Shown here piece by piece: positions 33,820-42,362 of a stretch of DNA of 64,000 nt. The stretch lies in NCBI GenBank assembly GCA_963776345.1, contig CAVZMH010000015.1:544001-608000 (forward strand). Direction: 5' to 3'. The position numbers and the translations under genes are program-made. Position 1 is the stretch's first letter, and every line of letters starts with the position of its first letter. The notes beneath the pieces were generated by a model. The model saw nothing but the letters and a program-made list of their open reading frames with translations, did no database searches and was not told the origin of the DNA. The DNA is from an uncultured delta proteobacterium. GTDB taxonomy: Bacteria; Myxococcota; Myxococcia; Myxococcales; Myxococcaceae.

Positions 33820-35115
33820 GTGACCGCCTCCGCCCGCTCGCCCGCGCTCCGGGCCTTCCGCTCGCTCGACTTCCGACGATTCCTCGGCTCGCGGCTGCTC
33901 TCCATCCTCGGGCTGGAGATGGTGAACGTCGCCGTCGGCTGGCAGGTGTACGCGCTGACCAGGCGCCCGCTGGACCTCGGATACGTCGGGCTCGCGCAGT
34001 TCCTTCCGCCGCTGTTCCTCACCCTCCCCGCCGGGCACGCCGCGGACCGGTTCGACCGGCGGCGGGTGGTGCTGCTCTGCCACGTCGCGTTCGGGGTCTG
34101 CTCGGCGCTCCTCGCCTGGCTCGCGCTGACCAGCATCCAGACGCCCGTCCCCATCTTCGGCGTCCTGGTCCTGCTCGGGACGGCGCGGGCCTTCAACGCC
34201 CCCGCGGCGCAGGCGCTGATGCCCTCGCTCCTCCCCGAGGCCGACTTCCCGAACGCCGTCGCCTGGAACTCGAGCACCTTCCAGGTCGGGACCATCGCCG
34301 GCCCCGCGCTCGGGGGCGGGCTCTACGCGCTGCTCGGCAACCCCGAGGCGGTCTACCTCCTGGCGGCGGCGCTGGCCGTCGTGGACATCACCGTCCTCGC
34401 CGGCGTGCGCACCCGGACCGGCCGGATGGAATCGAAGGCGACGTCGTGGTCCACCGTGCTCGCAGGGGTCCGCTACGTCTGGCAGAACAAGATCGTCCTC
34501 GGGATCATCTCGCTCGACCTGTTCGCGGTCCTGCTCGGTGGCGCCGCGGCCCTCATGCCGGTCTTCGCGCAGGACGTCCTGCACACCGGCGCCTGGGGAC
34601 TCGGGATCCTCCGGAGCGCGCCGGCCCTCGGCGCGGGAGCGGTGGGGCTCTGGCTCGCCGCCCACCCGCCCAAGCGGCACGTGGGCCGGAGGATGTTGCT
34701 CGGGGTTGCGATCTTCGGCGCGACCACGGTGGGGTTCGGGCTTTCCCGCGCGCTCTGGCTCTCGGTGCTGCTGCTGGTGGTGATGGGCGCCGCGGACATG
34801 CTGAGCGTCTTCGTCCGGCTGACGCTGGTGCAGATCTCCCCGCCCCCCGAGATGCGCGGCCGGGTGAACGCGGTGAACATGCTCTTCATCGGCGCGAGCA
34901 ACGAGCTCGGCGAGTTCGAGTCCGGCCTCACCGCCCAGTGGCTCGGGCCGGTGCGCGCCGTCGTCGCTGGCGGGGTGGGGACGCTCCTCGTCGTCCTCGC
35001 CTGGACCCGCCTCTTCCCTGCCCTCGCACGCGTCGATCGGATGCCCACCGAGTCGCGGACGGAGCCGGTGGAGCAAGGCTCCGCGGCCACCGAGGCCAGC
35101 GCACCCTCCTCGTGA
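33820..35115 (+). CDS. MFS transporter (EntS/H+ antiporter-like)
   Basis: GHAADRFDRRR motif A, ISLDLFAVLLGG, GASNELGEFESG; about 12 TM. Confidence 0.88.
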   Translation: MTASARSPALRAFRSLDFRRFLGSRLLSILGLEMVNVAVGWQVYALTRRPLDLGYVGLAQFLPPLFLTLPAGHAADRFDRRRVVLLCHVAFGVCSALLAWLALTSIQTPVPIFGVLVLLGTARAFNAPAAQALMPSLLPEADFPNAVAWNSSTFQVGTIAGPALGGGLYALLGNPEAVYLLAAALAVVDITVLAGVRTRTGRMESKATSWSTVLAGVRYVWQNKIVLGIISLDLFAVLLGGAAALMPVFAQDVLHTGAWGLGILRSAPALGAGAVGLWLAAHPPKRHVGRRMLLGVAIFGATTVGFGLSRALWLSVLLLVVMGAADMLSVFVRLTLVQISPPPEMRGRVNAVNMLFIGASNELGEFESGLTAQWLGPVRAVVAGGVGTLLVVLAWTRLFPALARVDRMPTESRTEPVEQGSAATEASAPSS

Positions 35116-35190
35116 CGCCTCGCCGGCCGGGTCGCAGCGTCCGTCGACGGTCGATAAAGCCGTCGAGCCCCGGGCCGCGCTCGGGGCACA

Positions 35191-35703
35191 ATGAGCTCCG
35201 GGAGCACCGCGACCATGACGACGCCTGCGAGAGCCACCATCCGCCCCGCGACTCCTCGCGACTGGCCGGGCATCGAGCGGCTCCTCCACGCCCGCTCGCT
35301 CCCCCTCGAGGGCGCCAGCGAACACCTGGAACGCTTTCTCGTCGCGGAGCAGGGAGCGACGGTGGTCGGCTGCGTCGGGCTCGAGCGCTACGGCCCCCTC
35401 GGCCTCCTGCGGAGCCTCGCCGTCGACGAGGGCATCTCGGGACGGGGCGTGGGGACGGAGCTGGTGCGTGCGCTCCTCGCCCGGGCGCCGCGACTCGGGG
35501 TCGACGCGCTGTATCTCCTGACGACCACCGCGGCCGACTACTTCCCGCGGTTCGGGTTCGAGCCCCTCCCCCGGTCCGCGCTGCCCGACGCGCTCTCGGC
35601 CTCGGCGGAGCTCCGCGGCGCCTGTCCAGCGTCGGCCGTGGCGATGCGGCTCACCCTCCCCGCTCAGGCCACGGGCGGATCCCGGGGCGGCAGCTCGGCC
35701 TGA
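35191..35703 (+). CDS. arsN2: Arsenic-resistance GNAT acetyltransferase ArsN2
   Basis: LLRSLAV...GRGVG, LYLLTTTAADYF, SAELRGACPASAVAM; adjacent to ars genes; start 35191 or 35215. Confidence 0.8.
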   Translation: MSSGSTATMTTPARATIRPATPRDWPGIERLLHARSLPLEGASEHLERFLVAEQGATVVGCVGLERYGPLGLLRSLAVDEGISGRGVGTELVRALLARAPRLGVDALYLLTTTAADYFPRFGFEPLPRSALPDALSASAELRGACPASAVAMRLTLPAQATGGSRGGSSA

Positions 35704-36204
35704 CGGGCCACGCCCTCCGGGTCCTTCCCGATGCCCCGCACCAGCTGCTCGGTCCGGAAGCGGTCCAGCTTCTCCAGCGGCAGCGCACAGAAGATCTGCA
35801 GCCGCCGGTGCATCTGGAGCGCGATGGCGTGGAAGTGCCGCTCGCGCGCCTCCGGCGGCCCGACGAACGCCGCGGGGTCCTCGAGCCCCCAGTGGGCGAG
35901 GATCGGCTGACCCGGCCAGATCGGACACGACTCGCGGGCCTGGTCGCAGACGGTGATCACGAAGTCGAAGCGGACGTCCTTCAGCTCGTCCCACGACTTG
36001 CTCCGGGCATCGGAGGCGTCGATGCGCGAAGCGCTTCCGGAGCACCTCGAGGGTGGCCGGATCCACGGTGCCCTTCGGATGCGAGCCCGCGCTGTACACC
36101 TCGAAGTTGCCGCGGCCGAGGCGCCGGAGGAAGACCTCGGCGAAGATGCTCCGGGCCGAGTTGCCGGTGCAGAGGAACAGGACCTTCATCGGCCTGGGGG
36201 TCAT
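35664..36204 (-). CDS. arsC: Thioredoxin-type (LMWP-fold) arsenate reductase, one frameshift near 36027
   Basis: FLCTGNSARS P-loop; VITVCDQARESCP and HWGLEDP in the second frame. Confidence 0.82.
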
Positions 36205-37310
36205 CGGCTCTCCAGGGGGCGAGCGAGGGGCGTCGGCGCGCGGTCGACCCCGAAGAGCCGTCCGCGAAGCCAGAGCGAGAGGTAGACCAGCGAGACCAGC
36301 GCCGGGACCTCGATCAGCGGGCCGACCACGCCGGCCAGCGCCTCCCCGGAGGACAGGCCGAAGGTGGCCACCGCGACGGCGATGGCCAGCTCGAAGTTGT
36401 TCCCCGCCGCGGTGAACGACAGCGACGCGGTATCCTCGTACGAGAACCCGAGCTTCCAGGAGAGGAGGAAGGACGCGGTGAACATCACCGCGAAGTAGAC
36501 GAGGAGGGGCAGCGCGATGCGGACCACGTCGAACGGGAGCCGGCTGATCCGGTCCCCCTGCAGCGCGAACATCACGACGATGGTGTAGAGCAGCGCGAGA
36601 AGCGCCAGCGGGCCGATGCGCGGCAGGACCTCCTGCTCGTACCACTCGCGGCCGCGGTACCGCTCGCAGCCCATGCGGGTGAGCACCGCCGCGAGGAGCG
36701 GCAGGCCGAGGAAGATGAGCACGTTCCGGGCGATGTCCCAGACGCCGATGTTGAGCGCCGTGCCCGAGCTTCCGAACCAGCCCGGCACCACCGAGAGGAA
36801 GAACCAGCCCATCGCCGAGTAGAAGACGATCTGGAAGAGCGAGTTGAGCGCGACCAGCACCGCCGCGACCTCGCCGCTGCCGCGGGCCAGCATGTTCCAG
36901 ATCAGGACCATGGCGATGCACCGCGCCAGGCCGATCAGGATCAGACCCGTCCGGTACTCGGGCAGATCGGGCAGGAACGCCCAGGCGAGCGCGAACATCA
37001 GCAACGGCCCGACCACCCAGTTGAGGAGCAGCGAGACGGTGAACAGCCGGCTGCGCTGCCGAAGCCGACCGAGGTCGGCGTACCGCACCCGCGCCAGCAC
37101 CGGGTACATCATCAGGAAGAGCCCGATCGCGATGGGCAGCGAGACTCCGGAGACCTGCGCCGCGTCGAGCGCTGGCGCGATCCCGGGCGCAAGGCGGCCG
37201 ATGAGGAGGCCGAGCGCCATCGCCAGGAGAATCCAGAGCGGGAGCAGACGGTCGAGCGTGCGGAGCCGGACCGACGCCGGGTCCGCCGCGGCGGCGCCTC
37301 CGGAGCTCAT
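36201..37310 (-). CDS. acr3: ACR3-family arsenite efflux pump
   Basis: MMYPVL, GLARCIAMV, GNNFELAIAVA, GPLIEVP. Confidence 0.95.
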   Translation of the reverse strand: MSSGGAAAADPASVRLRTLDRLLPLWILLAMALGLLIGRLAPGIAPALDAAQVSGVSLPIAIGLFLMMYPVLARVRYADLGRLRQRSRLFTVSLLLNWVVGPLLMFALAWAFLPDLPEYRTGLILIGLARCIAMVLIWNMLARGSGEVAAVLVALNSLFQIVFYSAMGWFFLSVVPGWFGSSGTALNIGVWDIARNVLIFLGLPLLAAVLTRMGCERYRGREWYEQEVLPRIGPLALLALLYTIVVMFALQGDRISRLPFDVVRIALPLLVYFAVMFTASFLLSWKLGFSYEDTASLSFTAAGNNFELAIAVAVATFGLSSGEALAGVVGPLIEVPALVSLVYLSLWLRGRLFGVDRAPTPLARPLESR

Positions 37311-37645
37311 GACGCCCCTCTCTTGCTGGCCGCGACCGGCTCGCACCGGCCCGCTGCGCCGCCCCGCCCGCAGCAGTTCTCGGTGAGGAACGCCACCAGG
37401 CCGTTCATCCGGTCGTAGCTGGCCCGGTAGAAGATCTGCCGGCTCCGTCGCTCCTGCTCGATCAGCCCGGCGTGCACCAGCTGGCTCAGGTGGAACGACA
37501 GCGAGGAGCTCGGGACGTCGAGCGCCTCGGCGATCTCCCCGGCGGAGGCGCCCTCCGGACCACGCTGGACCAGCAGCCGGTAGGCGGCCAGCCGGGTCTC
37601 CTGGGCCAGCGCGCCGAGGGAGGCGATGGCGTCGCGTGCGTTCAT
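37307..37645 (-). CDS. arsR: ArsR regulator (C-terminal CC..C type)
   Basis: ALAQETRLAAYRLLV, SSLSFHL, TENCCG...C. Confidence 0.93.
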   Translation of the reverse strand: MNARDAIASLGALAQETRLAAYRLLVQRGPEGASAGEIAEALDVPSSSLSFHLSQLVHAGLIEQERRSRQIFYRASYDRMNGLVAFLTENCCGRGGAAGRCEPVAASKRGAS

Positions 37646-37654
37646 GTTCGATTC

Positions 37655-37690
37655 CTCTACGCTTCTCGAAATATCGAGGCAAGCGAAGAG
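37655..37690. promoter_or_regulatory. Putative ArsR operator (long imperfect palindrome)
   Basis: CTCTACGCTT-CTCGA-aata-TCGAG-gc-AAGCGAAGAG, immediately upstream of arsR. Confidence 0.6.
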
Positions 37691-37730
37691 ACGCTCGACG
37701 AACGTGACTTTCCTTCGTCAGAGCGGACGT

Positions 37731-37757
37731 TTCACTGCCCCGTCACAGGACCGTCAC
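37731..37757 (+). promoter_or_regulatory. Putative Pho box upstream of pstS
   Basis: TTCAC-N6-GTCAC-N6-GTCAC direct repeats with 11-bp period. Confidence 0.7.
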
Positions 37758-37832
37758 CGGGGGCTCTTACATCGCCCGCGACCGTTCGACGTCCCACCCC
37801 TGGGTCGTCAGACCCGTCGAGGAGCTCTATTC

Positions 37833-38855
37833 ATGAAGAAGCTGATGATGGGCCTGCTGCTGGTCGCCGCCTCGAGCGCCTCCGCAGACGGCCTGCTGAT
37901 CAACGGCGCCGGCGCGACCTTTCCTTTCCCGATGTATTCCAAGTGGTTCAACGAGTACAACCGGCTTCACCCGGACATCAAGTTCAACTACCAGTCCATC
38001 GGCTCGGGCGGCGGGATCAAGCAGTTCACCGACGGCACCGTCGACTTCGGCGCCAGCGACGCACCCATGAAGGACGATCAGATCGCCAAGGCCCCTGACG
38101 TCGTTCACATCCCCACCGTCCTCGGGGCGGACGTCGTGGCCTACAACGCGCCCGGGGTGCAGAGCCTCCGTCTCTCGCCGGAGACCCTGGCCAGCGTCTT
38201 CCTCGGCAAGATCACCAAGTGGAACGATCCGGCGATCGCGGCGGACAACCCCGGGGTCAAGCTTCCCGACCAGAGCATCACCGTCGCTCGCCGGTCCGAT
38301 GGCTCCGGCACCACCTACATCTTCACCGACTACCTCTCCAAGGTCTCTCCGGAGTGGAAGAACAAGGTCGGCTCCGGCACCAGCGTGAACTGGCCGGTCG
38401 GGCTGGGCGGGAAAGGCAACGAGGGGGTCACCGGGATCGTCAAGAGCACGCCCGGCTCCCTCGGCTACGTGGAGCTGATCTACGCCATCCAGCAGAAGCT
38501 CTCGGTCGCGGAGATCAAGAACAAGGACGGGAACTGGATCAAAGCATCGCTCGAGACCACCACCGCGGCGGCGGCCGGGGTCGAGATGCCGGCCGACTTC
38601 CGGGTCTCGATCACCAACCCCGGCGGGAAGGACGCCTATCCGATCTCCGGCTTCACCTACCTCCTGGTCCACAGGGATGCGAAGGACAAGGCCAAGGGGA
38701 CGGCGATCGTCAACTTCCTGCGCTGGGCGATCACCGACGGGCAAAAGCTCGCCACCCCGCTCGACTACGCTCCGCTGCCCAAGCCGGTCCAGGAGCGCGT
38801 GCTGAAGACGATCGACACCCTCACCGTGCAGGGCACGAAGGTCAGTGCCAAGTAG
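37833..38855 (+). CDS. pstS: Phosphate ABC transporter binding protein
   Basis: GAGATFP, GSGGGI, FGASDAP, RSDGSGTT. Confidence 0.96.
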   Translation: MKKLMMGLLLVAASSASADGLLINGAGATFPFPMYSKWFNEYNRLHPDIKFNYQSIGSGGGIKQFTDGTVDFGASDAPMKDDQIAKAPDVVHIPTVLGADVVAYNAPGVQSLRLSPETLASVFLGKITKWNDPAIAADNPGVKLPDQSITVARRSDGSGTTYIFTDYLSKVSPEWKNKVGSGTSVNWPVGLGGKGNEGVTGIVKSTPGSLGYVELIYAIQQKLSVAEIKNKDGNWIKASLETTTAAAAGVEMPADFRVSITNPGGKDAYPISGFTYLLVHRDAKDKAKGTAIVNFLRWAITDGQKLATPLDYAPLPKPVQERVLKTIDTLTVQGTKVSAK

Positions 38856-38862
38856 GGACGCG

Positions 38863-39846
38863 GTGATCGACGCTCCGGCCTCCAGTGCTGCAGCGTCCGA
38901 CGCCCACGCCGGTCACCCGGGGGCCAGGAACCTGGGTGACCGGTTGTTCAACGGCTCGCTGTGGCTCCTCGGCGCCATGGTCCTGGTGGTGGCCGGGCTG
39001 ATCGTCCTCAACCTGGTCAGCGTCGCCCGGCCGTTGGCCAAGGATCACAGCCTCTGGGGCTTCATCACCGACACCCAGTGGGACCCGGTGGAGGACCGGT
39101 TCGGGGCCCTGACCTTCCTCTACGGCACGCTCGTCACCTCGGCGGTGTCGCTGGTCCTCACCGTCCCGGTGGCGGTCGGGCTCAGCCTCTTCATCACCCA
39201 GTTCGCCCCACCGAAGCTCGGCCGCGTCCTGACCACGCCCGTCGAGCTCCTCGCCGCCATCCCCTCGGTGGTGTACGGCCTCTGGGGGCTGTTCGTCGTC
39301 GTTCCCTGGCTGCGCGAGTCGGTCGAGCCCTGGCTGGGGAAGCACCTCGGGTGGATTCCCCTCTTCCAGGGCCCCCCGATCGGCCTGGGGTATCTCGCCT
39401 CGAGCATGATCCTCGCGGTGATGATCCTCCCCACCATCGTCTCGGTCTCGGTGGAGGTGATGAAGACCACCCCCGAGGCGACCCGGGAGGCCGCGCTGGC
39501 CCTGGGCGCGACCAAGTGGGAGGCGGTGATGATGGCCGTCATCCCCTACAGCCGGGCCGGCATCATCGGCGCGGTGCTGCTCGGGCTCGGCCGCGCGCTG
39601 GGCGAGACGATGGCGGTCACCATGGTCATCGGCAACTCGCCGCAGATCTCCGCCTCGCTCTTCGCCGCCGGCTACACCCTGCCGGCGGTGATCGCCAACG
39701 AGTTCGCCGAGGCCACCAGCAGCGTGCACGTGGCGGCGCTGGCCGGACTGGGACTGATCCTCTTCGGTACCACCTTCCTCCTCAACGCCGGCGCCCGGGC
39801 ACTGGTCAGCGCGGTCCAGAAGGGTCCGAAGCGGGGCTCGGGATGA
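38863..39846 (+). CDS. pstC: Phosphate ABC permease PstC
   Basis: [24 protein letters not shown]. Confidence 0.95.
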   Translation: MIDAPASSAAASDAHAGHPGARNLGDRLFNGSLWLLGAMVLVVAGLIVLNLVSVARPLAKDHSLWGFITDTQWDPVEDRFGALTFLYGTLVTSAVSLVLTVPVAVGLSLFITQFAPPKLGRVLTTPVELLAAIPSVVYGLWGLFVVVPWLRESVEPWLGKHLGWIPLFQGPPIGLGYLASSMILAVMILPTIVSVSVEVMKTTPEATREAALALGATKWEAVMMAVIPYSRAGIIGAVLLGLGRALGETMAVTMVIGNSPQISASLFAAGYTLPAVIANEFAEATSSVHVAALAGLGLILFGTTFLLNAGARALVSAVQKGPKRGSG

Positions 39847-40697
39847 ACCTCCACGCCTCCTTCACCTACCGGAAGGTGGTGGACCGGGGCATGGCCGCGG
39901 TGTGCGCGGTCTGCTTCGCCGCGGCCTTCCTCCCGCTGATCTCGGTGCTCTGGCTGGTGATCAGCAAGGGCGCCGCTGGGCTCTCGCTGGCCTTCTTCAC
40001 CGAGCTGCCCAAGCCGGTGGGCGAGGCGGGGGGTGGAGTCGGGAACGCCCTGATCGGGACCCTGTTCATGGTCGGGCTGGCCTGTGTCATCGGCCTGCCG
40101 CTGGGAGTCGGGGCCGGGGTGTTCCTGGCGGAGAAGGGCGACGGAACGGTGGGCAGCACCGTCCGCTTCATGGCGGAGGTGCTCTCCGGCGTCCCCTCGA
40201 TCGTGGTGGGAATCGTCGCCTACGCCCTGGTGGTGATCCCGATGGGCCACTTCTCGGCCCTCGCCGGAGCGGTGGCGCTGGCGATCCTGATGATTCCCAC
40301 CCTCGCCCGGGCGACCGAGGAGCTGGTGAGGGTCGTCCCGGCCTCGCTCCGCGAGGCTTCCCTGGCCCTCGGGGTGCCCAACTGGAAGACCAGCGTCCGG
40401 GTGGTCCTCCGCACCGCGATGAGCGGGATCGTCACCGCGTGCCTGCTTGCCGTTTCCCGCGCGGCGGGGGAAACCGCGCCCCTGCTCTTCACCGCCCTGA
40501 ACAACCAGTACTGGAACACCGACCCCCGCGCACCGACGGCGTCCTTGACCGTGGCCATCTTCAACTATGCGATCAGCCCTTACGACGACTGGCACGCCAA
40601 GGCGTGGACGGCGGCGCTGGTGCTCCTGATCGTGGTGGCCGTCCTCAACATCGCCTCCCGGGTGTTGACCCGGAACCGCCTGAAGGGCGCCCGATGA
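39843..40697 (+). CDS. pstA: Phosphate ABC permease PstA
   Basis: [20 protein letters not shown]. Confidence 0.95.
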   Translation: MNLHASFTYRKVVDRGMAAVCAVCFAAAFLPLISVLWLVISKGAAGLSLAFFTELPKPVGEAGGGVGNALIGTLFMVGLACVIGLPLGVGAGVFLAEKGDGTVGSTVRFMAEVLSGVPSIVVGIVAYALVVIPMGHFSALAGAVALAILMIPTLARATEELVRVVPASLREASLALGVPNWKTSVRVVLRTAMSGIVTACLLAVSRAAGETAPLLFTALNNQYWNTDPRAPTASLTVAIFNYAISPYDDWHAKAWTAALVLLIVVAVLNIASRVLTRNRLKGAR

Positions 40698-41548
40698 TCC
40701 CTGCTCCTGCGGCCCAAGCCATGACCTCGGAGAAGCTCGCGGCCTCCCCGGGGCCGCAGAAGTCGCCACACCCGCCCGCGGTGACGGGCGCAGAGACGCC
40801 TCCCAAGGTCGAGGTGCAGGACCTCAACGTCTACTTCCGGAAGAACCACGCCATCCGGCACGTCTCGCTCAAGGTGCAGCCGCAGACGGTCCTCGCGGTC
40901 ATCGGACCATCCGGCTGCGGCAAGTCGACCTTCATCCGGGCGCTCAACCGGATGCACGACCTGGTCCCCGGCGCCCGGGTGGAGGGCAAGGTCTTCATCG
41001 ACGGGATGGACCTCTACGCCCGGGGCGTCGACCCGGTGCTCCTCCGCCGCCGGGTGGGGATGGTCTTCCAGAGGCCCAACCCGTTCCCCACCATGTCCAT
41101 CTACGAGAACGTGGCGGCGGGGCTCACCTTGAACGGCATCGGCGGGAACCACCAGGAGATCGTCGAGCACTGCCTGCGTCAGGCCGCGCTGTGGGACGAG
41201 GTGAAGGACCGGCTGAAGCACGCCGGGACCTCGCTCTCCGGCGGCCAGCAGCAGCGGCTCTGCATCGCCCGCGCGCTGGCGGTGGAGCCCGAGGTGCTCC
41301 TGATGGACGAGCCGGCCTCGGCACTGGATCCGATCGCCACCGCGAAGATCGAGGAGCTGATCCACGAGCTGAAGGAGAAGTACACCATCATCATCGTGAC
41401 CCACTCCATGCAGCAGGCCGCCCGCGTCTCGGACAACACCGCCTTCTTCTACCTGGGCGAGCTGATCGAGATGGGACCCACCGCCCAGATCTTCACCAAC
41501 CCGCGCGAGCGACGGACGGAGGACTATGTCACCGGCAAGTTCGGGTAG
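40694..41548 (+). CDS. pstB: Phosphate ABC ATPase
   Basis: [28 protein letters not shown]. Confidence 0.96.
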   Translation: MIPAPAAQAMTSEKLAASPGPQKSPHPPAVTGAETPPKVEVQDLNVYFRKNHAIRHVSLKVQPQTVLAVIGPSGCGKSTFIRALNRMHDLVPGARVEGKVFIDGMDLYARGVDPVLLRRRVGMVFQRPNPFPTMSIYENVAAGLTLNGIGGNHQEIVEHCLRQAALWDEVKDRLKHAGTSLSGGQQQRLCIARALAVEPEVLLMDEPASALDPIATAKIEELIHELKEKYTIIIVTHSMQQAARVSDNTAFFYLGELIEMGPTAQIFTNPRERRTEDYVTGKFG

Positions 41549-41552
41549 ACCG

Positions 41553-42237
41553 ATGAGTTCGCACACCGACAAGGCGTTCGAGTCGGACCTCCGCCTGGTC
41601 CGCGAGAAGCTGCTGGCGATGGGGGCGAAGGTCGAGGAGCAGATCGCCAAGAGCATGCGCTCCCTCACCGACCGGGACTCGGAGCTCGGCGAGCAGGTGA
41701 AGGAAGCCGACGTGGAGATCAACCGGCTCGAGGTGGACATCGACGAGCTGTGCCGGAAGATCCTCGCCCTGCGCCAGCCCGCGGCCTCGGACCTGCGATC
41801 TGATCACCACCGCGCTGAAGATCGTCACCGACCTCGAGCGCATCGGCGACCTGGCGGTGAACATCGCCGAGCGGGCCATGGACCTGAACCAGGCGCCGCC
41901 GCTGGCCGCCTACGTGGACATGCCGCGCCTGGCCGAGCTGGCCCAGGAGCAGGTGAAGAAGGCGCTCGACTCGTTCGTGCGCGCCGACCCCGAGGAGGCC
42001 CAGGAGGTCCTGGCCGGGGATGACCACCTCGACGACCTCTTCGTGAAGATCTTCAACGAGCTCCTGGCCTTCATGATGGAGGACTCGCGGAACATCCGCC
42101 GGGCCACCTCGCTGGTCTCCATCTGCAAGCACCTGGAGCGGATCGGCGATCACGCGGTGAACGTGGCGGAGATGGTCATCTACATGGTCCGCGGGACCGA
42201 CGTCCGGCACCCCCGGAGCCGCGCCGTCGAGAGCTGA
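41553..42237 (+). CDS. phoU: PhoU phosphate signalling protein (single frameshift near 41800)
   Basis: LRQPAASDLR / ITTALKIVTDLERIGD / LERIGDHAVNVAE in two frames. Confidence 0.88.
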
Positions 42238-42362
42238 GCCCCGGTCAGCGGTCTGCTCGGTGAGCGTCCGCGGCGCGCGCCGGGCAGGTCCGCTCTGGTG
42301 GACGGCCCGCGCAGGCCTTCCCCCGGGGGACGCTGGCCCGCTGACTGCAGCGGCCGGAACGG

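Noticed and set aside
36140..36190. ArsC P-loop CTGNSARS lacking the second Cys, read as a sign of inactivity
   Set aside because: The nucleophilic Cys and the two downstream Cys (TVCDQARESCP) are retained; this variant is common
41790..41810. TGA in phoU as possible selenocysteine or programmed recoding
   Set aside because: The protein continues in a different frame; a single extra base explains it and no slippery site is evident
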